Below, piece after piece: positions 41,187 through 50,558 of a stretch of 64,000 nucleotides of DNA. Source of the stretch: an uncultured Chthonomonadaceae bacterium (GTDB lineage: Bacteria; Armatimonadota; Chthonomonadetes; Chthonomonadales; Chthonomonadaceae); assembly GCA_963817895.1 (NCBI GenBank), contig CAWFQB010000005.1, forward strand, positions 640,001 through 704,000, given 5' to 3'. The notes below the pieces were generated by a model that did not search any database, had not been told where the DNA came from, and worked only from the letters and a program-made list of their open reading frames with translations. The number at the start of each line of letters is the position of its first letter. The first letter of the stretch is position 1. Made by a program: the position numbers and the translations under genes.

Positions 41187-42176
41187 GTGCAACTGAGCCG
41201 CGCCCGCTTCTACCGGGAGCAACACGCTGGTACGGGCACAATCCAAGAAGGCGTCCTTGTTCCCAAAGCACAACGGGGTTCTCCTCGCCGCTTGTCGGAA
41301 GAGGAACGCGCCCTGTTGCTCAATCTACTCTTGTCGGAACGCTTTGTAGACGCTTCGCCCCGGCAGGTGTATGCGCAATTGCTGCAAGAAGGCGTGTATC
41401 ACGCTTCCTATCGCACGATGTATCGCCTGCTGCACGAACACCAAGCCATCTGTGAGCGTCGGCGGGTTCGCAGGCATCCGGCGTATAGCAAACCTGAACT
41501 TAAGGCAACCGGCCCTAATCAGGTGTGGACATGGGACATCACCTACTTGAAGACGCCCATTCGGGGTCGCTTCTATTACTTATATGTGGTTATGGACATC
41601 TACAGTCGTTATGTGGTCGGCTGGATGCTCGCAGACCGGGAGTGTCAATACCTGGCGCACAAGCTGCTGCAAGAAACCTGTCGTAAATACAACATCGCGC
41701 CTAACCAACTCACCCTCCATGCGGATCGCGGCGGGCCGATGAAAAGCCAGTCGGTAGCGCAGCTCTTACTTTCGTTGCAGGTGACCCGTTCGCACAGCCG
41801 CCCGCGTGTCAGCAACGACAACCCGTACTCGGAAGCCGGGTTCAAAACGATGAAGTACAGCGCCTACTTCCCGGAGCGCTTTAGCAGCCAGGAAGACGCG
41901 CAGACGTTCTGCCAGGACTACTTTGTCGGGTACAATACGTGCCACCACCATACCGGCTTGGTGTTGCTTACGCCCGAACAGGTGCATTTCGGCGAAGCAA
42001 CGCAGGTATTGGCGCAGCGGCAAGTCACGTTAGATAACGCCTATGCCGCGCATCCGCAACGCTTTCGAGAGCGTCCGCAGGCGGGGCAGTTACCCGAACG
42101 TCGTCTGGATCAATGCGCCTGCGTTGCCCGTTGGCGAAGGCACAGCACCGGTTGCCGGTTGAGTGGCGAGGAATGA
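41187..42176 (+). CDS. IS3-family transposase OrfB (DDE integrase core); indel near 42098 removes the VWINAP tail
   Basis: PNQVWTWDIT, DIYSRYVVGW, HADRG, DNPYSE..FKT. Confidence 0.92.
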   Translation: MQLSRARFYREQHAGTGTIQEGVLVPKAQRGSPRRLSEEERALLLNLLLSERFVDASPRQVYAQLLQEGVYHASYRTMYRLLHEHQAICERRRVRRHPAYSKPELKATGPNQVWTWDITYLKTPIRGRFYYLYVVMDIYSRYVVGWMLADRECQYLAHKLLQETCRKYNIAPNQLTLHADRGGPMKSQSVAQLLLSLQVTRSHSRPRVSNDNPYSEAGFKTMKYSAYFPERFSSQEDAQTFCQDYFVGYNTCHHHTGLVLLTPEQVHFGEATQVLAQRQVTLDNAYAAHPQRFRERPQAGQLPERRLDQCACVARWRRHSTGCRLSGEE

Positions 42177-42272
42177 CTGCTCGCTACATAAAAATACTTT
42201 CGCTTTTTGTCTCAAAATCCTTGACACATTCCGTACCGTCACCCGCATTCGTCAGATGCCCGTATATTAGGT

Positions 42273-43416
42273 ACTCACCTTACGCAGGCGAGCAGTTTGT
42301 AGTCACAGATTTGCTGTTGTTGACGGTAGAATAGTGTCATGGACAAACAACTTCTGGACCTTTACTCAGACTATCTCCTTTGTTCGTTCGGCCTGACTAC
42401 CGCGACGGGCCTTTCCACCCTGCTCGACGGCGCGATTAGCCACGACAAGATCACGCGGTTCTTGTCAGGACGTGACTTCACTTCTTCGGACCTGTGGCAT
42501 CTGGTCAAACCCTTGGTACGGCAGGTACAATGTGAAGACGCAGTTCTGGTCTTCGATGACAGCATCGAAGAAAAACTCTATACGGATGAAAGCGAACTCA
42601 TTTGCTGGCATTGGGATCATTGCTTCAACCGCAACGTGAAGGGCATCAACATTCTGACCTGTTTGTATCGCGCGCCCACTGCCGCTCTGCCCGTTGCCTT
42701 CGAGTTGATCCAAAAGTCGGCTTGGGAAACGCATAAGAAGACGGGCAAACCCAAGCGAGTGTGTCCCAAGACCAAGAACGAATACCTGCGCGAGATGGTG
42801 GCGCAATGTCAGAAGAACCAATTGCCTTTTCGCTATGTCCTGGCCGACGCTTGGTTCAGCGCGGCAGAAACGATGATGCACCTCAAAAACGAAGGCAAAA
42901 CCGACTTTATCTTCCCGATTAAGGCCAACCGCAAGGTGGCTTTGTCCCAGGAAGACAAGTTGGCAGGCCGCTATATGCCCGTATCCTCGCTTTGCTGCGA
43001 AGCGGACGCCGTATTGAACATCTGGCTGGAGGGGGTAAACTTCCCCCTTCTGCTGTGTAAGCAGGTCTTTACAAACAAGGACGGCAGCCAGGGCGTTCTC
43101 TATCTCGTGACGAGTGACACGACGTTAAGCGGTTGCGACATCCAGACGATCTACCAAAAACGGTGGAAAGTGGAAGAGTATCACAAATCGGTCAAGAGCA
43201 ATGCGAGTTTCGCCAAGTCGCCGACCAAAACTATTCGGACCCAGAGCAACCATATCTTCGCCTGTTTATGGGCGTATGTGAAGTTGGAAAGTCTGCGTTT
43301 GCAGACGCGCTTGAACCATTTTGCGATGAAAGGCAGGCTCTACAAAGCGGCCCTTGCCAGCGCCTACCGCGAACTACAACTGCTCAAAGGCATGAGTGCG
43401 CCTGCGTAAGGTGAGT
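42273..43416 (+). mobile_element. IS701/ISH3-like (IS4 superfamily) insertion sequence
   Basis: Perfect 18-bp TIR ACTCACCTTACGCAGGCG / CGCCTGCGTAAGGTGAGT flanked by duplicated TAGGT (TTAGGTA if the TIR is one base shorter). Confidence 0.9.
42339..43409 (+). CDS. DDE transposase (IS701/ISH3-like)
   Basis: SHDKITRFL, FDDSIEEK, LADAWF, YQKRWKVEEYHKSVK (YREK motif). Confidence 0.92.
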   Translation: MDKQLLDLYSDYLLCSFGLTTATGLSTLLDGAISHDKITRFLSGRDFTSSDLWHLVKPLVRQVQCEDAVLVFDDSIEEKLYTDESELICWHWDHCFNRNVKGINILTCLYRAPTAALPVAFELIQKSAWETHKKTGKPKRVCPKTKNEYLREMVAQCQKNQLPFRYVLADAWFSAAETMMHLKNEGKTDFIFPIKANRKVALSQEDKLAGRYMPVSSLCCEADAVLNIWLEGVNFPLLLCKQVFTNKDGSQGVLYLVTSDTTLSGCDIQTIYQKRWKVEEYHKSVKSNASFAKSPTKTIRTQSNHIFACLWAYVKLESLRLQTRLNHFAMKGRLYKAALASAYRELQLLKGMSAPA

Positions 43417-44152
43417 TAGGTATTGCGCCTTCTTCAATGATAACCGAAGTGACCACATTTTCATTACCCTCGATTATTATATTATTTTCGTGAAGGAGTA
43501 CCAATAAAGGTTCAATGGATATGATGGCAGAAAATCCGTTCTCAGATGATTGGTCCATATGAGTAAGAGATTCGATGAATACGCCGAGCAAAAACCCCCA
43601 TTCGCTTATAACTGGTCCACCACTAAACCCGCCACGGGCAATCGTAGATATAATAAAATGGACATGAGGTGCATTATATCTGTCGATGACTGCGTTTACT
43701 TCACCTGACGCTGCAACTAGATCGCCGCCTAACGAACATGGTATACGCGGATAGCCGATTACAACCACTTCGGTCAGAACGAATTCATCGCCTAACCAAT
43801 CGTCCAAATGGCCCCCAAGTGGTATAAACGAGTGTTTCCCGTCTAGATTGAAATCTGTCTCTAATACAGCCAAGTCAATCTTGGGGTTTTCAGGCTTGAG
43901 AGTCCGTTTACAAGCGACCGTAACTGTTCCGGTCCAGTCAGTAATCTCTTCCAGCTCGCCTGACTCGATTACATGCTTAGCAGTCGCGATGTATCCTCCA
44001 CCTATATGAAAGCCAGATCCGGTTACAAGATCACCTTCTTTATTCTTGGTCGTTATCCTCAAAACGCAGTTTTTGTACTGACTGTAGAGCTTCGAGGTTG
44101 GCTTCATCGTACTGGCCTCCACTGTGGCGTTGCTTTTTTCGGATTGTTCCAT
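43364..44152 (-). CDS. Trypsin-like (S1) serine protease; extreme C-terminus replaced by IS sequence
   Basis: GSGFHIG, ATAKHVI, DLAVL, GYP, GGFSGGPV; GGAGG RBS. Confidence 0.85.
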   Translation of the reverse strand: MEQSEKSNATVEASTMKPTSKLYSQYKNCVLRITTKNKEGDLVTGSGFHIGGGYIATAKHVIESGELEEITDWTGTVTVACKRTLKPENPKIDLAVLETDFNLDGKHSFIPLGGHLDDWLGDEFVLTEVVVIGYPRIPCSLGGDLVAASGEVNAVIDRYNAPHVHFIISTIARGGFSGGPVISEWGFLLGVFIESLTHMDQSSENGFSAIISIEPLLVLLHENNIIIEGNENVVTSVIIEEGAIPNSPYAGALMPLSSCSSR

Positions 44153-44310
44153 GATAATTTTCGACCCTCCAGGCGATCATTTCATATTGGCTCGCTATGA
44201 AAAAGCGGCTCAAGCAGGCGTCTTTGGGTTCGCCTATTGCCTACCTTTAACAGGTTCCTAAACCCTTTCTTTTGATCGTTGAAAATTGTGGATTATCTCT
44301 CATGCTCTTC

Positions 44311-44424
44311 TACTGAGCGTTGCATAAAGAAGTAAAATCCAGAACCGTGCGAACGTCCCACTTAGGATCATATCTACCAGTTCCAGCGACCGGGCAAGTT
44401 GATTTCTTTATGCAACGCTCAGCA
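44311..44424 (-). mobile_element. MITE-like element, copy 2 (inverted relative to copy 1)
   Basis: Same TIRs; interior is the reverse complement of copy 1 (TTGCCCGGTCGCTGGAACTGGTAGATAT...GTTCTGGATTTTAC). Confidence 0.8.
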
Positions 44425-44735
44425 GTACTCGATCAGGTAGAACAGTTCAGCAGAGGCATTTCTAGTCGGCCCTGTGTTTGATGAGGGTTCAGCAAGCAGA
44501 ACTCCTACATCGTAGTATAACCCAACTTGCTAACTTAAGCCGTATTTGAGATAGGCGCGTACAGAAGGTAGCACTTTGCGCCAAATCTTCAAGATTGGGA
44601 AGTTAAGGTAGCAACTGTTGTGAAAAGAGCAACCTGAACTCGTCGTTAGTCTACTATTTTCATGTAGCGCGGTGAACGAAGTTCATGTTGGCTTGGGTTA
44701 GTATACTGTTCTACCTTGGTCAAGTACGTGCTGTT

Positions 44736-45416
44736 TCAAGCAGGAAACATGGCAATAAAGTTTCTCAAACCTTGTAAAAACAGAGCAATCTGTTCTTGTG
44801 TGTAATCACCATACTTACCATGCGCGGCCATATTTCGCAGAGCGAGCCAAGCAATTACTTGCGCTTGTTCTGGTTTGCCGTACACATTCGCTTTGTACAG
44901 ATCGGAGTTGAGAGTGTCACCCATCTTATGCTTGACTTCTCCCCTCGTGTTTGTAAATTCCAGTTTAATACCATTCTTCTGGCATAGTTGCCGTAAATGC
45001 TCCTCCAAGACACCACCTGTTATTACTGCTGCAGGGTCCTTATGGCCTTCGCTAAGGAAATATTGAGCATTTTCAAGAAAGTCTGAGAACAGGTCGGCAT
45101 GGATCAACTCACGCAAGGTCGTAAGGTAGCCAGCCGAAATGTCTGCTTTTAATGCCTGAGTAACTCCGTAAACACCACGCACATTCAGAATACTTAGGCC
45201 TGATCCCATATACTTACGCTGGGCTTCTTCTCTCAACCTTGCAGCATAGTCGCTGTTTGGGCCAGCTATTCGATTGACACAAGATGTACAACGAGTAACT
45301 AGCATTGCTAAGTCTGCCATAGATGGATATTGTACATTCTCAATAGCTTTGAACAGTTGATCCAACGGTTCAAATTGACTAAGTAGTATTGTAGCATCAG
45401 TTTGCATTTCAGTCAC
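44736..45416 (-). CDS. HEPN-domain (DUF4145-like) protein
   Basis: DFLENAQYFL...AAVITGGVLEEHLRQL...WLALRNMAAHG (RxxxxH HEPN motif); AT-rich. Confidence 0.8.
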   Translation of the reverse strand: MTEMQTDATILLSQFEPLDQLFKAIENVQYPSMADLAMLVTRCTSCVNRIAGPNSDYAARLREEAQRKYMGSGLSILNVRGVYGVTQALKADISAGYLTTLRELIHADLFSDFLENAQYFLSEGHKDPAAVITGGVLEEHLRQLCQKNGIKLEFTNTRGEVKHKMGDTLNSDLYKANVYGKPEQAQVIAWLALRNMAAHGKYGDYTQEQIALFLQGLRNFIAMFPA

Positions 45417-45609
45417 CCTGTCTGTGCATTTCGCTCACTTCTTAAATGTGACTCTATAATAAAAGGAAAAGTTGCGTGATTGTTGGCTCGTAACGAAGTT
45501 TAAGCTGCTGGACGTATATTTCGTTTCGAGGATGGTGTATCCCTCCTGATTTGTACGCAGACTTCAACTTGGCATTGATATTGAATATAGATTTTATTTA
45601 AGAGCCGCT

Positions 45610-46113
45610 ATGCAAACCCTTGAACGCTTCGTAGAGATTGACGCGCCGCTGGAAACGGTGTTCGCGTTTTTGACGGATATTCGCAACCATGCGCGTTTGT
45701 CGCCACCGCACACGCAGGAAGAACTCGTTGATCCCGGCGATGTGCCGCTCAAACTCGGCACGACGGTTCGGCTGCGCGGCAGGTACGGCGGCATCCACTG
45801 GCCGCTGGCCTCGCGTATCACCGTCTTTGAAGCGCCCGGACAGCCCCACCCTGACCGCGCTTACTTCCGCGATGAGCAGGTACGCGGGCCGTTTGGCGTG
45901 TGGCGGCACGACCACTGGATGCAAGCCCTCCCTGACAACCGGACGCGCCTGACCGACCGCATGGAATTTTCAGCCCCCTTCTGGCCGCTCGGCCTGCCTG
46001 TCGAACGCTTCTGGCTGCGGCGGGTAATTACCGAACTGCTTACGCATCTGCAAACGGCTGCCAAACACATTCTGGAAACAGAGGAGATTCCCCTGCCCGC
46101 CGCGAATGAATAA
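45610..46113 (+). CDS. SRPBCC (polyketide cyclase-like) family protein
   Basis: IDAPLETVFAF, FRDEQVRGPFGVWRHDH, TRLTDR. Confidence 0.88.
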   Translation: MQTLERFVEIDAPLETVFAFLTDIRNHARLSPPHTQEELVDPGDVPLKLGTTVRLRGRYGGIHWPLASRITVFEAPGQPHPDRAYFRDEQVRGPFGVWRHDHWMQALPDNRTRLTDRMEFSAPFWPLGLPVERFWLRRVITELLTHLQTAAKHILETEEIPLPAANE

Positions 46114-46121
46114 AGAGGAGT

Positions 46122-46224
46122 AAACCACGGGGAACACGGGGAACACGGGGCGAGGAAAAGGGGAGAACACAACTTTCTTCTTTATCTCCTCTCCTCCCCG
46201 TGTCCCCCGTGTTCCCCGTGGTTA
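46122..46224. repeat. Hairpin with (CACGGGGAA)n arms
   Basis: AACCACGGGGAACACGGGGGAACACGGGG ... CCCCGTGTCCCCCGTGTTCCCCGTGGTT. Confidence 0.85.
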
Positions 46225-46246
46225 ATAATTTTTAAGGAGATTGGAC

Positions 46247-47377
46247 ATGCCAACGACGGATGGGCAGGCGGTATTGCTGAATGAGGCGGGAACGCCCGCC
46301 ACGCTGGAAGACATTACGGTGGACGCGCCGGGGCCGGGGGAAGTGATGATTCGGGTGGTAGCGAGCGGGGTTTGCCACACGGATTTGACCATCAAAAACC
46401 AGAACGGGGGCGGGATGAAGTTCCCGATTGTGCTGGGACACGAGGGCGCGGGCTATGTGGAACAGGTGGGGGAGGGCGTGACGCATTTGCAGCCGGGCGA
46501 TCCGGTTGTCATCGCGTACCGCGCCCCGTGCGAACAGTGTCCCGCGTGTCGGCGGGGCGATCCGCGCCACTGCTACGCGGCCCTGCGTCCCAAACAGCGT
46601 ATTCACCGCAAGCGCGACGGGGCGTTATGTTCGCAGGTTTTGCGCTGCGGCACGTTCTCCACGCATACGGTTGTGCATGGCAAGGCGGCAGTCAAAATGC
46701 CGAAAGAGATGCCGCTGGATAAAGCCTGCTTGATCGCCTGCGGCGTGATTACGGGCGTGGGCGCGACCATGAACACCACGCATGTCTGGCCGGGGGCGAG
46801 CGTTGCCATTGTGGGCTGCGGCGGGGTTGGCCTGAGCGTGATACAGGGCGCGAAACTGGCCCACGCCAAAACCATTATCGCCGTTGATGTCAACCCGGTC
46901 AAACTGCAATGGGCCAAAGATTACGGCGCGACCCACACCGTCAACGCGCTCGATGGCGATCCCGTTGCGGCAGTGCGCGGCCTTGTCACGGATGCGTGGC
47001 CGGGATATGAGGGTGGCGTGGACTTCGCGTATGAGGCGACCGGCCTGATGAAGTGCGTGGAGCAGTGCGTCCGCATGGTCAACTATGGCGGCACTGCCGT
47101 CAATATCGGCTTTCCCGGCCCGACTGATGAGGTCACGCTCAACGTCGGCAACATTGATACGGGCGTGTACTGGAACAAAGCGGGTCTTGCCGTCTGTCAC
47201 GCGGGCGATACCCTGCCCTCCCACGACTTTCCCCTCCTCGCGCAACTGTACCTGCAAGGGCTACTGAAACTCGACGAAATGGTGACAAACGTAATCGGGC
47301 TTGACGACGTGGAAGACGCTTTCCACGAGATGGAAACCGGCAACGTGATCCGCTCCGTCATCAAATTGCCGCAGTAA
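46247..47377 (+). CDS. Zn-dependent alcohol/formaldehyde dehydrogenase (MDR family)
   Basis: GVCHTD, GHEGAG, CEQCPAC...C, GCGGVG. Confidence 0.92.
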   Translation: MPTTDGQAVLLNEAGTPATLEDITVDAPGPGEVMIRVVASGVCHTDLTIKNQNGGGMKFPIVLGHEGAGYVEQVGEGVTHLQPGDPVVIAYRAPCEQCPACRRGDPRHCYAALRPKQRIHRKRDGALCSQVLRCGTFSTHTVVHGKAAVKMPKEMPLDKACLIACGVITGVGATMNTTHVWPGASVAIVGCGGVGLSVIQGAKLAHAKTIIAVDVNPVKLQWAKDYGATHTVNALDGDPVAAVRGLVTDAWPGYEGGVDFAYEATGLMKCVEQCVRMVNYGGTAVNIGFPGPTDEVTLNVGNIDTGVYWNKAGLAVCHAGDTLPSHDFPLLAQLYLQGLLKLDEMVTNVIGLDDVEDAFHEMETGNVIRSVIKLPQ

Positions 47378-47546
47378 CGGTTGCATGCCTTGCATCCATA
47401 CAGACATCCCTGCACGCGGGAACATTCGGCTTCGGCTTGCCATTCGGCAGGCGGGAGCCGAATTTTATTGGGAACTTCAAGCGTCAAATACGAGTCTGGT
47501 ATAGTGTCCACGATGACAAAAGTATGTCGGTTTAGAGGTAACACAA

Positions 47547-48449
47547 ATGAACAGCAAGCAAACCAAACAAGCAAATTACGCGATTTTTACAGCGGCAGCC
47601 CTGACGCTATCGCTTATTGGCGCGAGGGCGCAGGTCGTTTCCACGCCCTACGGCAACCTTCCCTACGGCGCGAAGCCCGTCAGCCTGTCGCCCTCCGCGC
47701 CCTATACAACGAACCGATTTAACACCAATACGCAGAACTACGGCGTGTTCGGCGGCGCGAATGGCGCGGCGGCCTTTCCCACCGGCGCGCTGAACAGCGG
47801 CTACGCTTCCAGTTTTTACGGCTTGGGCGGCTCTACCAGCCCGTTCGCTTCCGCCGCCTACTTCGGGTATGGCCTGCCTACCCTTTTCGGCGGCTATCCC
47901 TATGGCTATGCGGCAAATGGATTGGGCAGCGTGTACGCGGGCAGCAATATCAGCGTGATAGACAGCCCTCTTAATGGTGGGTTCACGGTCATCAACCCGA
48001 ACGGCGCGTATTTTGTCGGGCCGAACGGCCAGCCGTCCGATTTCGCCCTCACAAACGGCGGAACCATTGCTTCTCTTAGCGGCAGCAACGGGGGAATTAA
48101 CCGCCTCCCGGTTCACAGTGGACGCAACGCCAATACGCAAGCCGGAACCGGGCAAAGCACGGACATTTCTACAGCCAGACCCGTATCCCTGAAGCAGATG
48201 ATTGGAGCGACGCAGGACGCCAATTTCAACCTGCATATCAGATGGCTTGGCGATCCTGCCCTGATTGACGCGATGAACGTCACCCTGCTCAATCGGTACC
48301 ATCTGCCTATCGTTTCCAACACGGCCTCCAATGGTAAGCCGGTGACATTCGCCGCTAACCGCGACGCGTACGCCGCGCAGTATTATCGCGTAGACATCCA
48401 GTACACCGATGGCGCGGTGGCAACGGTCACGGGGAAGATCAAAAGATAA
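47547..48449 (+). CDS. Secreted protein with Gly/Tyr/Phe/Asn-rich low-complexity N-terminal half
   Basis: GAGGT RBS; signal peptide ending ARA-Q. Confidence 0.7.
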   Translation: MNSKQTKQANYAIFTAAALTLSLIGARAQVVSTPYGNLPYGAKPVSLSPSAPYTTNRFNTNTQNYGVFGGANGAAAFPTGALNSGYASSFYGLGGSTSPFASAAYFGYGLPTLFGGYPYGYAANGLGSVYAGSNISVIDSPLNGGFTVINPNGAYFVGPNGQPSDFALTNGGTIASLSGSNGGINRLPVHSGRNANTQAGTGQSTDISTARPVSLKQMIGATQDANFNLHIRWLGDPALIDAMNVTLLNRYHLPIVSNTASNGKPVTFAANRDAYAAQYYRVDIQYTDGAVATVTGKIKR

Positions 48450-48548
48450 GGATGAGGGGTGAAGGATGAAATACTGCTCTAACCTTGTTTGATTTACTTG
48501 CAAGGTAGATATAGACAGGAGCAGTTTCATCCTTCATCCTTCATCCTT
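48448..48548. repeat. Hairpin with (GAAGGAT)n / (TTCATCC)n heptamer arms
   Basis: Between convergent genes; the arm supplies the last codons (KDEG*) of the GH57 gene. Confidence 0.8.
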
Positions 48549-50294
48549 GCTCTTCCACCATTCCGGTTTTACGTCGTCAAAGCAATGGTCGCGGGTTCGG
48601 ATTTCTTCCAGAAGGGTTTGGTCAGCGGGCGTGAGAGGCGTTGGGAATGTGGCGGCGCGGCGTGTCAGCGCGGCTAACTGCGTAAATTTCTCGTAGTGGT
48701 ATTTGATGCGTTGCTCGGCGTAATCGCGGCTGGCATACGTGCTGATGTTGAAGGTCCAATCGGACGATTCCAGCAGAAGCAGTTCCCGCGCCGCCTGTTT
48801 CAGAATGGGCTGCACACTCGCCACATCTCCGTACTGTTGCGCCAATGCGGTCATTTCCCGCTCCGCCGCATAGATGTTCTCCCATACCCATGCCGTTGCC
48901 TCGTTGAGCCATGTCCAGTGGTAGCCGCCCTCGCCCCACGAGCCTTCCGGCAGGGACACGGTTTGCGTGGGCGGATTCTCCTGTTGGTAGGTTCCGCAGG
49001 TTACAGCCGCAATGTCGCTGTCTTCATGCAGGCGTTTCAGCGCGTAATACAGGAACTCCGGCCCCTCGAACCACCAATGCCCGAACAGTTCCGTATCGTA
49101 CATGGCGGTCACAAGGCCGTTTGTGCCATACTGCTTCTTGTGTTCCCGCAGCGTGTCGCGTATCACGCCGACAAAATGCCGCGCGTGTTCCTGTACTCGC
49201 CCCTGCGCCGTTCGGGGTTCATAGAGTTGCTTGCCGCCCAAATCCTGTTTATTGTCGGACACGCGCCAGTAACGCAGATAACCGGGATAGTGCTTTCTGT
49301 GAAACTCCAGATAATACGGGTCGCCGGGGTAGCCGCTTTCGCCACTCCAAACCTGCGCCCCCGTCTGCGGGTCACGGCTGAAAACAGTCAGGTCTTGGTG
49401 ATTGGTGGTTGGTTGTTGGTGGTTGGGTAGGGGCGCGTTTGTTTCGGCTTGAACGCGATAGGGCGTGTAGGGCGTTCGGTCGGCGATTTCCGGCGTGTAG
49501 GTTTCGGAGAACTGCGCCCAGAGTTCCTCCAATCCGCCAAAACGATCCCGGTACACGCCAATGGCTTCGCCGCCCTTGAGCAGATGCGAATCCACGAAAA
49601 AATATCGCAAGCCCTGTTCGGCCAGCAGTGTTTCGATGCCTTTGCGCTGAATCGGGGTTGGCGTACGGAACTTCTCGACAGGCGAGTTCCAGGCGTAGCC
49701 CGGACGATACGCGCACTCCGGCAGCCAGAAGCCGCGCGGACGATGTCCAAAATGCTTCACGTATGTTTGTACGCCCTGCGCGATTTGCGCCCGTATGCCG
49801 GCGTCTGTGCCGAGCAGGGGCAAATAGCCGTGCGTGGCCGCGCTCGTCAGGATTTCAATATGTCCGTCTGCTTGTAACTGGCCGAACGCGCCGAGAAGGT
49901 TCCGCGCATACGTTTCCTGAAACTGCTGTTGGATATGAGTATAGAAATTTTCCCAGTAGTGCGCCAGCCCTAACAGGTGCATGTCGCCTTCGCGGGTGAA
50001 TTGCGCCTGATTGTCGCGCGCCATCTGAACTTTGTGCTGTAAATAGGCGTCGAACTCCGCGTGAAAAGCTATATCCGCTAGCTGTTCCATTAGAATAGGC
50101 GTCAGGCCAACCGTGATTTGGGGTGAAATGCCCTCCTCGACAAGCCGAAACAGCGCGTCCAGCAGGGGAATATAGGTTTCCGCCGCCACTTCGGACAGCC
50201 AATCCGTGCCGTGTGGCGAGCGGCCATGCGCGAGAACGTAAGGAATGTGGGAATGAAGCACAAGCGCGAAACTGCCAACGAGGGGAGGTGTCAA
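48534..50294 (-). CDS. GH57 1,4-alpha-glucan branching enzyme (DUF1957)
   Basis: LVLHSHIPYV, ETYIPLL, ATHGYLPLL, GFWLPECAY, YDTELFGHWWFEG, ELLLLESSDW. Confidence 0.93.
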   Translation of the reverse strand: MTPPLVGSFALVLHSHIPYVLAHGRSPHGTDWLSEVAAETYIPLLDALFRLVEEGISPQITVGLTPILMEQLADIAFHAEFDAYLQHKVQMARDNQAQFTREGDMHLLGLAHYWENFYTHIQQQFQETYARNLLGAFGQLQADGHIEILTSAATHGYLPLLGTDAGIRAQIAQGVQTYVKHFGHRPRGFWLPECAYRPGYAWNSPVEKFRTPTPIQRKGIETLLAEQGLRYFFVDSHLLKGGEAIGVYRDRFGGLEELWAQFSETYTPEIADRTPYTPYRVQAETNAPLPNHQQPTTNHQDLTVFSRDPQTGAQVWSGESGYPGDPYYLEFHRKHYPGYLRYWRVSDNKQDLGGKQLYEPRTAQGRVQEHARHFVGVIRDTLREHKKQYGTNGLVTAMYDTELFGHWWFEGPEFLYYALKRLHEDSDIAAVTCGTYQQENPPTQTVSLPEGSWGEGGYHWTWLNEATAWVWENIYAAEREMTALAQQYGDVASVQPILKQAARELLLLESSDWTFNISTYASRDYAEQRIKYHYEKFTQLAALTRRAATFPTPLTPADQTLLEEIRTRDHCFDDVKPEWWKSKDEG

Positions 50295-50558
50295 AGAGGT
50301 TTCCTTATAAGTATAGATGCGCTTATATTCTACGCGGGCGGGCTGTTGACCTGCCGGAACTTGCCGAAACACGCAAAAACACCTGAAAGCGAGGCGTAAC
50401 CCGCGTAAAAACAGGAACGCTACTATTCCGCAGAATATTTTTCAACCTTATGCCTGCCGCATACGTATAACAGTGAGAGGTACACCATCATAAACACGAA
50501 AACCACCACAGACACCAAAACCGGCACAGACACCAAAACTGGTACAGACGCCAAACCA

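Larger units (their letters stand above)
40606..42233 (+). mobile_element. IS3-family insertion sequence
   Basis: Imperfect TIRs (TGTG...TTGAGACAAAA / TTTTGTCTCAA...GACACATTCCG), possible TAC target duplication, orfA/orfB. Confidence 0.85.

Noticed and set aside
39480..45600. Integron cassette array with attC sites
   Set aside because: The 115-bp palindromes lack RYYYAAC/GTTRRRY boxes, are in opposite orientation, genes are not co-oriented and no IntI is present
50500..50556. Possible mini CRISPR array
   Set aside because: Contiguous 18-bp repeats with no spacers, in frame with an ORF; no cas genes
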